IMG/VR virus record: IMGVR_UViG_3300029448_007456
Location: 1-64,000 of that record
Source of the DNA: a virus
DNA: 64,000 nt
Direction: 5' to 3' (one strand)
This document shows positions 8,374-18,393 of this stretch, in pieces. The notes beneath the pieces are model-generated. The model worked only from the letters and a program-made list of their open reading frames with translations, did not search any database and was not told where the DNA came from. The stretch's first letter is position 1; the number at the start of each line of letters is the position of its first letter. The position numbers and the translations under genes are program-made.

Positions 8374-10590
8374 TTATTCTCCTATGACGAATTCGTCTTT
8401 GTCTTTGTTGTATGAAATAGTAAGTGCAATATCTTGCAACGACTCAAACAATATCTTCTTTGATAGTGGCAGTTTGATTCTGTTGTTGATAACTCTCTGT
8501 AGTGGACGAGCACCCATTTTTTCATCAAACCCTTCTTCTATGAGTTGTGTTTTTGCAGTTTCATCTAATTTAATTGCAATTCCTTTTTCATTCACTTGAT
8601 TATCCAGTTGTTGAACAAACTTTTCAACAATGTTTGTCATGACTTCTTTGGACAATGTTTTAAATCTTAACACAGCATCCAGCCTGTTTCTAAACTCTGG
8701 TGAAAAGAATGAGTTGATGTCTACTTCACCATCATGAGTGGTGTTATCCATAAATCCAAGTGTGTTAGCCTGCATGTCTTCTGCACCTAAGTTTGATGTC
8801 ATTAATATCACTGAATTGTTCAATCTAACTTTTTTACCGTTGGATGCAGTAATCACAGCATCGTCCATTGCCTGTAGCAATATTGTCATCACATCTCTGT
8901 GTGCTTTTTCAACTTCATCAAACAATATCACTGCATTAGGATGTTTTTCTAATTCATTTACCAATTGACCAGAGCCTGTGGCACCGTCATCATATCCAAC
9001 ATATCCCGGAGGCGCACCAATCAGTTTTGCCACCGCATGTTTTTCTTGATATTCTGACATGTCAAATTTTATAAGTGGGATGTTCATTCCATCAGCCAAT
9101 CTCCTAGCAGTTTCTGTTTTGCCACAACCTGTTGGCCCAACACACAAAAAAGATCCAATTGGTTTATTTTCCTGTTTCAATCCTGCTTGTGCAACCAAAA
9201 CTGTGTCCACTAATTTATCCACTACTTCATCTTGTCCAAACACTTGCGTTTTAATATTTGTGTTTAGGTTCTCCAGTGATTCTGTTTTAGTTTGCACAAT
9301 AGACTCGAACTTGACACCTGATATCTTGGCAACTTGTTCTTGAACATCTTTGACTTCGACATCTCTAAAGGCATCAAATATTTTTGCCTTTGAGCATGCC
9401 CTATCCAAAACGTCAATTGATTTGTCTGGCAGTTGCCTGTCAGTAATGTATTTTACAGAATAATCCACAGAAGCATCAATAGATGTGTTAGTAATTTTTA
9501 CATTATGAAATGCTTCAAACTGATCCTTTAGTCCAATCATTATTTGTTTGGCGTGTTCAACTGAAGGCTCTTCAATGTTGACTTTTGCAAATCTACGCAT
9601 CAAGGCACGATCTTTTTCAAAATGTTTGCGATATTCTTCCCAAGTGGTTGATGCTATTACTTTTAAATCGCCTCTCGCCAAATGTGGCTTTAGTAAATTA
9701 GCAAGATCAACTCCTCCTTGTCCGCCAGCTCCTGCTCCATGCATCATATGAGCCTCATCAATAAACATGATAGCTTTGTTGTTTTTTTCTAACACTCCTA
9801 GCAACACCTTTAAACGTTCTTCAAAGTCACCACGATACTTGGATCCTGCAATCAATGATCCAACGTCTACAGAATATATAATGTGATCTTTGATCACATC
9901 TGGCACTTTTCCATTCACAATCATATGTGCAAGTCCTTCTGCCACAGCAGTCTTTCCTACTCCAGGATCACCTATCATGATAACATTATTTTTAATTTTT
10001 CTTCCTAATACCAGAGTGATCTCATCAACCACATCTTGTCTTCCAATGCATTGAAATGTTTTTTGTGCTTTGGCTTGTTCGTTGAGATTCACTGTGTATT
10101 GTTTTAAAATCTTACTGGCTTGCTTAGAGGACACTTTTTGTTCTTCCATGTTTTCTGTGCCAACATCAGTCATGTGATCAATTACGATACGTTTTGGAAA
10201 GAAGTTTTTTTCTAAGTAATAATAGGCGTAGGATTCCTTTTCAGAATATATTGAACTCAGCAAATGAAATACATTAACCATTTCTGTGCCTTGGAATATG
10301 GCTGTGGTAAATGCACGATTAACACATCTTTCAGTGGCCTGTGTTCTTTTAGGATACACATCTTCATTTACTTTTACATCATTCATTTTGTTACCAATAT
10401 GATCTGCTAAGTCTTTTAACAATTGATCATATTTTACTGTTGGTTTATCTTTGACCATATCAACAACTTCTGGCTGTAACAACAGCACAGATAGTAGATG
10501 TTCTAATGTGATGTATTCGTGATTGTTTTTACGAGCAATCTTAATTGCTTCATCAAATAACCCTTTTAATCTATCGTCTGCTTGTATCAT
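8374..10590 (-). CDS. clpA: ATP-dependent Clp protease ATP-binding subunit ClpA
   Basis: Clp-N domain, two AAA modules (GDPGVGKT; GPTGCGKT), KYRGDFEERL, GAPPGYVG, LGF ClpP-docking loop. Confidence 0.93.
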   Translation of the reverse strand: MIQADDRLKGLFDEAIKIARKNNHEYITLEHLLSVLLLQPEVVDMVKDKPTVKYDQLLKDLADHIGNKMNDVKVNEDVYPKRTQATERCVNRAFTTAIFQGTEMVNVFHLLSSIYSEKESYAYYYLEKNFFPKRIVIDHMTDVGTENMEEQKVSSKQASKILKQYTVNLNEQAKAQKTFQCIGRQDVVDEITLVLGRKIKNNVIMIGDPGVGKTAVAEGLAHMIVNGKVPDVIKDHIIYSVDVGSLIAGSKYRGDFEERLKVLLGVLEKNNKAIMFIDEAHMMHGAGAGGQGGVDLANLLKPHLARGDLKVIASTTWEEYRKHFEKDRALMRRFAKVNIEEPSVEHAKQIMIGLKDQFEAFHNVKITNTSIDASVDYSVKYITDRQLPDKSIDVLDRACSKAKIFDAFRDVEVKDVQEQVAKISGVKFESIVQTKTESLENLNTNIKTQVFGQDEVVDKLVDTVLVAQAGLKQENKPIGSFLCVGPTGCGKTETARRLADGMNIPLIKFDMSEYQEKHAVAKLIGAPPGYVGYDDGATGSGQLVNELEKHPNAVILFDEVEKAHRDVMTILLQAMDDAVITASNGKKVRLNNSVILMTSNLGAEDMQANTLGFMDNTTHDGEVDINSFFSPEFRNRLDAVLRFKTLSKEVMTNIVEKFVQQLDNQVNEKGIAIKLDETAKTQLIEEGFDEKMGARPLQRVINNRIKLPLSKKILFESLQDIALTISYNKDKDEFVIGE

Positions 10591-11086
10591 TTGTTTTACT
10601 CTGTTTCTCCCTTGCTCTTTTTAATTTAAATTTACTGACATGGTCAATGAACAATACACCATCTAAATGTTCTAATTCATGCTGTATACATTGTGCCCAT
10701 AGATCTTCGAATCTGTCAACTGATTTGACTAATTTTTCGTCATAATATTCAACCAAAATTGATTTCGCCCTTGATATTCTCAAAAATAAATTTGGAAAAG
10801 ACAAACAACCTTCTTCAAGCAGTTGTGTTTCTTGAGAACGTTCAACAATCTTTGGATTGATAAATGTTTTGTTGCCCCACATCGTGAACATTCTTATGCC
10901 TACAGACACTTGGTTGGCAGCTAGACCAAGTCCATTTGCTTGTTTCATAGTGTCATGCATGAGATTTGAAATTTTGTCCCACTCTAAATCCTGTGTGATA
11001 TCAGTGTGTTCAATCTTTTGCAACAGTGAAGGATGCCCTTCTAAGTTAAGTTTAAGAATACTTTTTGGAGATTCGATCGATGTCAT
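10571..11086 (-). CDS. def: Peptide deformylase
   Basis: GLGLAANQV, EGCLS, QHELEHLDG motifs. Confidence 0.95.
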   Translation of the reverse strand: MTSIESPKSILKLNLEGHPSLLQKIEHTDITQDLEWDKISNLMHDTMKQANGLGLAANQVSVGIRMFTMWGNKTFINPKIVERSQETQLLEEGCLSFPNLFLRISRAKSILVEYYDEKLVKSVDRFEDLWAQCIQHELEHLDGVLFIDHVSKFKLKRAREKQSKTNDTSRR

Positions 11087-11882
11087 CTCTGTCCTCCTTG
11101 GTTAAATTTTTTGGTATAGCAACATTAATTTTTATAAAGTAATCACCAACTCTGCCACCTGCATTTATTAATCCATGCTCAGCAACTTTCATTACATTGC
11201 CAGGTTGAGTGCCTTGTGGCACTTTGACAGTTAAATTTTTCCCTTCTATGGTTGGCATTTGCACAGTGGTTCCATTAATGGCGTCCCATACACTAACGGA
11301 TTTTTCCGCGTATAAGTTTAACCCATCTCTCGCAAACAGTTCATGCTGTCTCACATGCACCTTGCATAGTAGATCACCTGCAGGCATGTTTGGATTGTTT
11401 TGTAGGCCTAAACCTTTGTATCTTATACTTTGTCCACTGGCGATGCCTTTGGGAATTTTTATTTCGATGCCTTTGTTGATCTGATCAATCTGCACTTGTT
11501 TGCTGTTTCCATAGTAAACATCTTCAAGTGTGATTTCAATGCCAATTTGTATATTTCTATTTGGCGGTTGTCTTCTATAATTCTTTGATTGTCTAAAGCC
11601 ATCACCAAAAAATTGTGCAAACATATCCTGCATGTCTAAAGAATCACCTTGTGAAAAATTAAAATTAAAACCATCTCCGCCAAATCTTTTAGACGCTTCA
11701 TACTGTTGGCGTTTTTGGTTGGTTTTTATTTTGTCATATGCTTCATTGATCTCTTTAAATTTGGACTCATCACCACCTCTATCTGGATGATACTTTACAG
11801 CAAGTTTTCTGAATGCTGATTTTATTTGCTGATCGTCTGCAGATTGGTCAACACCTAGAGTTTGATATGGATCCATAGCCAT
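11052..11882 (-). CDS. dnaJ: DnaJ/CbpA-type co-chaperone (no zinc finger)
   Basis: J domain with HPD, G/F linker, DnaJ C-terminal domain; likely start at 11876. Confidence 0.9.
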   Translation of the reverse strand: MAMDPYQTLGVDQSADDQQIKSAFRKLAVKYHPDRGGDESKFKEINEAYDKIKTNQKRQQYEASKRFGGDGFNFNFSQGDSLDMQDMFAQFFGDGFRQSKNYRRQPPNRNIQIGIEITLEDVYYGNSKQVQIDQINKGIEIKIPKGIASGQSIRYKGLGLQNNPNMPAGDLLCKVHVRQHELFARDGLNLYAEKSVSVWDAINGTTVQMPTIEGKNLTVKVPQGTQPGNVMKVAEHGLINAGGRVGDYFIKINVAIPKNLTKEDRDDIDRISKKYS

Positions 11883-11920
11883 AGTATATTATATAATGTT
11901 GATTTGTCAATTGACAACAG

Positions 11921-12271
11921 TTATTTGTCGTGTTTTTTTGATGAGCCTGTGTAGAGACCGAACCATGCCGCACCAGCACCTACCACAATTGAGATAAGTC
12001 CTGACTGTTCTAGGGTTGGCGTTTCAAGTGCCATGTACCATATCACACATTTGTATAATAAAATGATATATGTGGTAATGAATACTCTTGGAAATATTCT
12101 CCATGAGTCCACGGCACGAGCAAGATGAATCAATTTTGCATAAGGATTTGGACCCAAATCTTTGACAGAAGTGTCTACTTCTAGTTCAACTTGCACTTTT
12201 TTTGATGCTGTGCCACCGTCTGCTGGTGTTATAATTTTATCTTCTGTGATTGAGTCGTCTTCAATACGCAT
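11921..12271 (-). CDS. Membrane protein, holin candidate
   Basis: Two TM helices, WRIFPR motif, basic C-terminus, near lysis genes. Confidence 0.45.
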   Translation of the reverse strand: MRIEDDSITEDKIITPADGGTASKKVQVELEVDTSVKDLGPNPYAKLIHLARAVDSWRIFPRVFITTYIILLYKCVIWYMALETPTLEQSGLISIVVGAGAAWFGLYTGSSKKHDK

Positions 12272-12279
12272 ATTAATAT

Positions 12280-12441
12280 TTAATCTTTCTTAGCAATTTG
12301 CCATAATCCATAAGCAATGCCAACATATGCAAGTATTTTTGCCATTGATCCAAAAGCAATTATTAGTAGACAAGCAATGATGATGCCTGCTCCGTGTAAA
12401 CTGTCTTTTGCTTTTATTTTGTTTTTAATCCAATCAATCAT
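12280..12441 (-). CDS. Small membrane protein
   Basis: Start MIDWIK with SD; two hydrophobic segments. Confidence 0.5.
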   Translation of the reverse strand: MIDWIKNKIKAKDSLHGAGIIIACLLIIAFGSMAKILAYVGIAYGLWQIAKKD

Positions 12442-12442
12442 T

Positions 12443-12718
12443 TTATTTCTCCAATTTTTTGATGCGTGCTTCAAGTTCATCAATTTTCTTTGTTACATAT
12501 GGATATTTTTTACGCCATGCATCTACAGGCTGTTGAAGCCATGTCCAACCCCAGCGATCCACAAGATAATCAACGGCTGTGTCAAATTTTGCATACAGCC
12601 AAAGTCCTATGCGTGTTGATTTAAAATAAGTGGAAAACGCCAATCCAAACAACGATCCAATCAAAGCTGTGTATATCCACAAACGATCGGCAGCCATTCT
12701 TTCTATCATTTCCCACAT
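12443..12718 (-). CDS. Small membrane protein
   Basis: N-terminal TM, C-terminal coiled coil. Confidence 0.55.
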   Translation of the reverse strand: MWEMIERMAADRLWIYTALIGSLFGLAFSTYFKSTRIGLWLYAKFDTAVDYLVDRWGWTWLQQPVDAWRKKYPYVTKKIDELEARIKKLEK

Positions 12719-12735
12719 ATTAATACTTATTTCCG

Positions 12736-13299
12736 TTATGATCCAATTATATCAAGTTTTTCCATCCATTGTTTGTGTGCAAATTTACATAATTCCACAT
12801 CACAATTAAACTGTTTGAGATGTGTTTTCAAAAAAACTTCTATGTCGTGATCACATAGATCACTCAAAGGCACATGATATAAGTTTTTGTCACTAAGAAT
12901 TTGTCTTAAGTTTTGTCTTTTGTAGAGTTCGCATTGCTCAGCATATATGTATTCCCATTGATACCATTCGAGTAGTCTTGGAAATCTATGGCGTTTAGGA
13001 AAGTCAATGTTATTGTAGAGGGAAACAATCTGATAGGATTTTCTTCCAAGAATTTGTGGTCCATATCTTTCTCTCCACCATAAAAATTCTCCTAGGTGTG
13101 AGCAAAATACGTTTTTGTTGTTTTTGTTATACCAAGTTTCAATTGGCTTAGAAAGATTTGCATTAGAGGTGTGAGCGTTATCATCCATCTTATTGTAATC
13201 ATCTTTGCTCCACCTACTATTCAAATTTGGATCAGTTGATATGAGATTAGCTAAGTGGCTACCGCCTGTTCCTGGCGAGTATAAAACGAATACATTCAT
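12736..13299 (-). CDS. P-loop/sulfotransferase-like hypothetical protein
   Basis: YSPGTGGSHLANL N-terminal motif. Confidence 0.4.
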   Translation of the reverse strand: MNVFVLYSPGTGGSHLANLISTDPNLNSRWSKDDYNKMDDNAHTSNANLSKPIETWYNKNNKNVFCSHLGEFLWWRERYGPQILGRKSYQIVSLYNNIDFPKRHRFPRLLEWYQWEYIYAEQCELYKRQNLRQILSDKNLYHVPLSDLCDHDIEVFLKTHLKQFNCDVELCKFAHKQWMEKLDIIGS

Positions 13300-13676
13300 T
13301 ATTCAGTTGGTTCTAATTCGTAGTATTCACGATATTGATCAAGTGTGAGTTTTTGTTTGATCATGTATGCACGGATCTGTGCAAAATTCACTGCCAGTGT
13401 TTCATAGTCATCATCTGTGAGGCCAAACAACACAGGGTCAATATTTTTTTCTTCTAACTTTGCAAACACTTCATCTGCGTTTTCTGAAGTGATTATAATC
13501 CAATTTAGATCATCGATTTTTGGAGCTTCAGGATCAGGTAGGTCTAACTTTGCACGTGGCACTTCTGTTTTGAATACTTCTAACTGCTTTACTGAACTAC
13601 AACTACTGAGCAGGAACGTAGTTAGGATTAGCAAGGGAAGGACATTCAGAATTGATTTCACTTGGCTTGACTGCAT
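13299..13676 (-). CDS. Outer-membrane spanin (Rz1-like lipoprotein)
   Basis: Lipobox LSSC after hydrophobic stretch; overlaps 3' end of i-spanin. Confidence 0.7.
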   Translation of the reverse strand: MQSSQVKSILNVLPLLILTTFLLSSCSSVKQLEVFKTEVPRAKLDLPDPEAPKIDDLNWIIITSENADEVFAKLEEKNIDPVLFGLTDDDYETLAVNFAQIRAYMIKQKLTLDQYREYYELEPTE

Positions 13677-14091
13677 TTATTTCCTTTTCTGTAAGTGGTG
13701 ATCCCATGGCAATTTCTACACAACGTAGTGCATTGTCTGAGGCACGGTTTATTACACGTTCGACTGATGATGGCCTATTGACAGCTAAATCACCTATGTC
13801 ACGTTTCTTGCCTGAAGCATTTGTTTTATTAAACTTGTCATCTAAGTTTTGGAGTTCTGCTTTCAGTATGTCTCTGGTGTCTTGTAATTTTTTATTTGCA
13901 GACATGATTGTTTCAAAGTCTGCTTTTTGCTGTGCAATGACTTCTTGCTGTGATGATACAGCTTCTTCAAGTTTGATTTGATTTGCTTTTAAAATTGCGT
14001 TATCAGATCGCAGTTTCATAACATACAATCCTGCACCTGCCAGTGAACTGACCAAGATGCCTACCATCACAAGTTTAAAAGTGCCGAACAT
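13603..14091 (-). CDS. Inner-membrane spanin (Rz-like)
   Basis: N-terminal TM plus coiled coil; immediately after endolysin. Confidence 0.7.
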   Translation of the reverse strand: MFGTFKLVMVGILVSSLAGAGLYVMKLRSDNAILKANQIKLEEAVSSQQEVIAQQKADFETIMSANKKLQDTRDILKAELQNLDDKFNKTNASGKKRDIGDLAVNRPSSVERVINRASDNALRCVEIAMGSPLTEKEINAVKPSEINSECPSLANPNYVPAQ

Positions 14092-14606
14092 TATTTCATC
14101 ATTGACAGAGCCATTGCAGTAGTTTCAGTGACTCTTCTAGTCCATCCCCTACCAAATGTATCAAATGTGGAAAGACTCTCATAATATTTTTGTCTTTCTG
14201 ATTGATAATTCTCTATTGTTTCTTTTACTCCATGAGTTTCCACATAAGAGTCAAGTGTTTTAAGTGTGTTAGGACCAATACCGCCATCTGCGACTGTGCC
14301 AATAAGTGTTTGTAGATATTTGGCAGCTCTGCCTGTGCCTGCATTGACGCCAAAATCAAATACACAAAGATCTAGTCCTGCTGGTAATTGGTCTCCTTTG
14401 ACCCGGTCCCAATAATTCTTTTTATAAATTGGCTCTACGTCTTCTCTTGTTAATTCTTTCATGTCTTTATTGCCACCAAAATCTTCATACACTCTTTTGG
14501 TAACACCTAGATTGGTTTCTCCTCCAGGATCTTTTGGATGATTGACGTAACCGCCTTCATGATGTAGTATTGCTTCTAGTGATTTAATCCAATTTTCAGA
14601 TGCCAT
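14091..14606 (-). CDS. Endolysin, glycoside hydrolase family 108 with PG-binding domain
   Basis: EGGYVNHPKDPGGETNLGVT; DGGIGPNT; FGRGWTRR. Confidence 0.92.
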   Translation of the reverse strand: MASENWIKSLEAILHHEGGYVNHPKDPGGETNLGVTKRVYEDFGGNKDMKELTREDVEPIYKKNYWDRVKGDQLPAGLDLCVFDFGVNAGTGRAAKYLQTLIGTVADGGIGPNTLKTLDSYVETHGVKETIENYQSERQKYYESLSTFDTFGRGWTRRVTETTAMALSMMK

Positions 14607-14607
14607 C

Positions 14608-15318
14608 TTAAAACTCCTTTAGTTTTGCAAGTATTGACTTGGTGCCTTTAGTTATTTTAAATAAATCATCAACTTTTACAACTGAGTATCCGCCGCCTAG
14701 CCAATGATTGAGATAAGAGGCTTGTTCATTGGATTCTCTGTCAATTTTGTATGTGCCTTGCACATCTCTATTGAAAGATTCAATCACCATTTCATGATTG
14801 GTAAATGCTTTTTTTAATGTCAACTGTTTACCTTTGATCCTTCTGTGTAGTATAGAGGATGATTCAAAAAAGGATTTGATGTCTTCTTCAATGTTGTCGT
14901 CGGTTAAAAATTTGTATTGTGAAGATGATGTTGGCACTATCACGGATAATGTTTCTTCACTGAGTGAGTATTCATTGTCTTTTTTGTGAAATTTAAATTT
15001 CCATGGTAGCATGCCAGACACTTGTTCAATATCTCTTACCAGCTCCATAATCTTTTTTGGCAAATCGTCATTACGTTCTAGTTCAACAAATATATTGTAT
15101 CTGCCGTCTTCATTTTTTGCAGGACTGTTGTCAGCATCAAGCACAAATGAGCAACCTGTTTCTATAAAATGCACAAGGTCTTCTGCAACTGATTTGTTGT
15201 CTGTTTGAAACTTTACAACTGACACATCTTCGTCATTGCCTAGTTTTGCTTGAAAGTTATCAATAGTGATAAGTTCACTGACGTGATTTTGCATTTCTAA
15301 ATTTTTTATTGATTTCAT
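14608..15318 (-). CDS. Hypothetical phage protein
   Basis: 236 aa, coupled to neighbours. Confidence 0.6.
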   Translation of the reverse strand: MKSIKNLEMQNHVSELITIDNFQAKLGNDEDVSVVKFQTDNKSVAEDLVHFIETGCSFVLDADNSPAKNEDGRYNIFVELERNDDLPKKIMELVRDIEQVSGMLPWKFKFHKKDNEYSLSEETLSVIVPTSSSQYKFLTDDNIEEDIKSFFESSSILHRRIKGKQLTLKKAFTNHEMVIESFNRDVQGTYKIDRESNEQASYLNHWLGGGYSVVKVDDLFKITKGTKSILAKLKEF

Positions 15319-15791
15319 AGTTCTGCCGCATCCTGTTGTGATTGGTCTACAGCAACACCTGACACTGTTTTTGAAACTTGAGTTTCTGCATTAAAGTCTT
15401 CAATGATTTGATTAGGCAGTGTAATTTTTACTAACCAAACAGGAATCTCCTCTAACTTGGCTTTTCTAGTACCTGGTCTATAATCAGAATAGGACTCAAT
15501 CTTTCTTGGAGTCATTTTGATATCACGTTTGTAATGCACTTTGCCGCCTATGTTCAATATTCTTTTGCCAGCATCTGGATCTGGCATGGAATCTTGTTCC
15601 CACATAAAGGTTGCAGTGGTGTCATATTTGGTCACATGCGGTCCGTCTACTAGTTCGCCTAAAGACCAATTCTTGTAAGCATACAAGTTCACATCGTCAA
15701 TTACTTTTTCCATGTTCACAATTGTTTTAACAACTGCATCTGAGGCGTATATCTTCTTTACATTGCGTATTATATCGAGGGTATCAATCAT
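15315..15791 (-). CDS. Hypothetical phage protein
   Basis: MPDPDAG motif; start MIDTL 7 nt after TAAATA. Confidence 0.6.
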   Translation of the reverse strand: MIDTLDIIRNVKKIYASDAVVKTIVNMEKVIDDVNLYAYKNWSLGELVDGPHVTKYDTTATFMWEQDSMPDPDAGKRILNIGGKVHYKRDIKMTPRKIESYSDYRPGTRKAKLEEIPVWLVKITLPNQIIEDFNAETQVSKTVSGVAVDQSQQDAAEL

Positions 15792-15916
15792 TGTGTTGTA
15801 TTTATTGCATGACACACAACGCCATGCAAAGATATTATGTGCATACTTTAGTTAATTTTAAAACACCTAAATATTTTTATATGCATTCGCATAGACACAA
15901 ACACTCGGAGAACGTA

Positions 15917-16603
15917 ATGAAACACAAAACTGTCTTATCCTTTGACGACCTTCGTGACGATTACTCACGACATGAAGTAAAACCAAGATCAGCAAATCAA
16001 CACAAATATTGGAATATGTTGAAAGACGATAAAAAGTCTATTGTTATCGCACATGGCCCTGCAGGGTGCGGAAAAACGCTTTTAGCCACCCAAAATGGCA
16101 TTGATCTAATGAAACTGCAAAAGATAGGAAAGATAGTTATTACCAGACCTGTAGTGGGTGCTGATGAAGAAATTGGTTTTCTTCCAGGATCACTGCAACG
16201 CAAAATGGAGCCATGGACTAGACCACTTGTAGACATATTTCATAAAAATTACACAATAAACAGGGTCAACAGAATGATCCGTGAGGAACAAATTGAAATA
16301 GCACCTCTAGCTTTTATGCGTGGTAGAACTTTTGAAGACTCTTATATCATTGCTGATGAAATGCAAAACACCACAGTTAACCAATTTAAAATGTTGTTAA
16401 CAAGAATAGGAGAAGGCTCTAAACTGGTGATCACAGGTGACCTTGATCAAACGGATCGTGGCAAAAACAATGGCATGGCTGACTTCTTGCACAAACTTTG
16501 GCGCAGTCATTCACGTCATATCACTAATGTGCAATTGATGGGTGAAGATATTGTAAGGCACAAAGCTGTAACTGAAGCATTAAAGATTTATGATGAAGCT
16601 TGA
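15917..16603 (+). CDS. phoH: PhoH-like ATPase
   Basis: GPAGCGKT, GFLPG, MRGRTF, DEMQN, TRIGEGSK, GDLDQTD; SD GGAG before 15917. Confidence 0.93.
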   Translation: MKHKTVLSFDDLRDDYSRHEVKPRSANQHKYWNMLKDDKKSIVIAHGPAGCGKTLLATQNGIDLMKLQKIGKIVITRPVVGADEEIGFLPGSLQRKMEPWTRPLVDIFHKNYTINRVNRMIREEQIEIAPLAFMRGRTFEDSYIIADEMQNTTVNQFKMLLTRIGEGSKLVITGDLDQTDRGKNNGMADFLHKLWRSHSRHITNVQLMGEDIVRHKAVTEALKIYDEA

Positions 16604-16893
16604 TTGAGAGCGGCAAGCACAGGATCCATGTATTGCTTGTATGCTTTGTAAAAATAATCGTGCAATTGGTCATAAGTTAGTTTTGAATCTAATCTATTTT
16701 TTTCTATTGTCTTAGTTTCAAGGTTAATAATTACAGAAGCACTTTCGTCTTTGGTTCTGATCTTTGAATCAAAGAACACTTGTTCGTCATATTGAACATT
16801 GTCAGGATCTTTTTGCCAATTAGGCACTGATGTGACAGATGGATTTTTAGGAACCATGATGTAGTTGCAAATGAGATATTTTGTTTTAGCCAT
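16588..16893 (-). CDS. Hypothetical protein
   Basis: ORF coupled to clamp loader. Confidence 0.55.
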   Translation of the reverse strand: MAKTKYLICNYIMVPKNPSVTSVPNWQKDPDNVQYDEQVFFDSKIRTKDESASVIINLETKTIEKNRLDSKLTYDQLHDYFYKAYKQYMDPVLAALNQASS

Positions 16894-17812
16894 TTTTAAC
16901 TCTTGCAAGTTTAATTAATGTTGCACTTAGATTTATTTCTGCCTCTGCTACAAAAGAATGATCCACTATACCTTGTTTGATAATAAGTGTGGCCTCATCT
17001 TGTTGATCTTCTGTGTCGCCAAATATTTCAATGTTGTCATACATCCATCTGTAGACGTCTTCCATCTCTTCTGGACGTGCCTGTGAACACAACAGTTTTC
17101 TTGCTTCCGTAATCTTGCCTGCTTTGAACAGTTCAACCATTTCTATCCTGTAGTCTTGTTCGCCAACATCTGCTGTGTTAGGTGCTTGTAAACTGCCATC
17201 TGCTGAATTCATTTGCAGTGTGTTGATACACTTTCTAAGATCAGGATATGTTGCTTTGACGTATGTGTCTAGTGTGTCTAGTTCAAACTCAATGCCTTCA
17301 CCAACCAATATCTCTGCCGCACGTGCAGTAAATTCTGTCTTGTCTATTTTCTCAATGTGGAATCCTTGACATCTTGAATGCAGTGCAGGAATAACCCTGT
17401 TGGGATAGTTGCAAGTCAGTATGAATCTTGCTGATTGATGATACATTTCCATAACGCCACGCAATGCCGCCTGTCCATTTGGGGATATGTAATCTGCTTC
17501 ATCTAGTAAAACAACTTTGAATTCACCAAATGGCATAGTTTGGACAAAGTTTGTGATCTTGTCACGAATAACATCAACTGAATTTTCTCGAGATGCATTT
17601 ATCTCAAGTATATCTGTGGCTTCAACTTCCAACAAGTTCAGCAATATTTTAGCCAGTGTTGTCTTGCCAACGCCAGGAGCACCGGAAAATAATAAATGTG
17701 GAATGGATTTTGATGAGACCCATTGTTCTACTTGTTTTTTCTGTGCGTCATCTCGAAACACATATCCTTGCAGTGTGTCAGGACGATGCTTTTCTACCCA
17801 AAGTGTATTCAT
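16886..17812 (-). CDS. Clamp loader subunit (RFC/T4 gp44-like)
   Basis: LWVEKHRP, GAPGVGKTT, LDEAD, SRC motifs. Confidence 0.92.
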   Translation of the reverse strand: MNTLWVEKHRPDTLQGYVFRDDAQKKQVEQWVSSKSIPHLLFSGAPGVGKTTLAKILLNLLEVEATDILEINASRENSVDVIRDKITNFVQTMPFGEFKVVLLDEADYISPNGQAALRGVMEMYHQSARFILTCNYPNRVIPALHSRCQGFHIEKIDKTEFTARAAEILVGEGIEFELDTLDTYVKATYPDLRKCINTLQMNSADGSLQAPNTADVGEQDYRIEMVELFKAGKITEARKLLCSQARPEEMEDVYRWMYDNIEIFGDTEDQQDEATLIIKQGIVDHSFVAEAEINLSATLIKLARVKNG

Positions 17813-17851
17813 ACTTTTAGTATAACAGTTTTAAACAAGTTTGTCTAATGA

Positions 17852-18202
17852 TTATTCTTTATATGGAGCAGTAATTGTGTTAACATCTGGCTCATGGTCT
17901 GTGATTAACAAAATATCATTTTCATCAACCATTCTTACATCAACATCTGTATCGCCTTGATCTAACCATACTTGTCTTGTCCAACGGCCGTGTGCAATCA
18001 ACACCCATTTGCCGACCTCAACGTCTTTTTGATCTGGCCCAATTGCATACACTTTAGCCCAACGGGGATGTGTCCCAGCCGCTGTTCCATCGTTGTCAGG
18101 CAAAATAACTCCTGACTTGGTTGTAAGCATTCCAAAGTGCATGTTGGATACAAGCACTCTTTTTTTAAGTGGTTTAATTTTTCCTTGTACTCTAGTTGGC
18201 AT
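17852..18202 (-). CDS. groES: Co-chaperonin GroES-like
   Basis: IKPLKKRVLV...TKSGVIL...AIGP...ENDIL. Confidence 0.8.
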   Translation of the reverse strand: MPTRVQGKIKPLKKRVLVSNMHFGMLTTKSGVILPDNDGTAAGTHPRWAKVYAIGPDQKDVEVGKWVLIAHGRWTRQVWLDQGDTDVDVRMVDENDILLITDHEPDVNTITAPYKE

Positions 18203-18204
18203 CT

Positions 18205-18384
18205 TTACTTCTCATCACGCTTCTTAATGATTTTGCCACCTTTGCCTATTTCATCACCTCTAGCATTAACATTTACGTTGCCTACTGCTATCGCTTTTTC
18301 ATGCTTGACTCTAATAGCATCGAAGTCAACTGCTTTGCCTTGCATTGAGTAATGAACTTTTTTTCCTGGTATTTTTCTTGGCAT
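18205..18384 (-). CDS. Small basic protein (59 aa)
   Basis: Manual translation MPRKIPGKKVHYSMQGKAVDFDAIRVKHEKAIAVGNVNVNARGDEIGKGGKIIKKRDEK; SD AGGAG. Confidence 0.7.
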   Translation of the reverse strand: MPRKIPGKKVHYSMQGKAVDFDAIRVKHEKAIAVGNVNVNARGDEIGKGGKIIKKRDEK

Positions 18385-18393
18385 GTTTTTCTC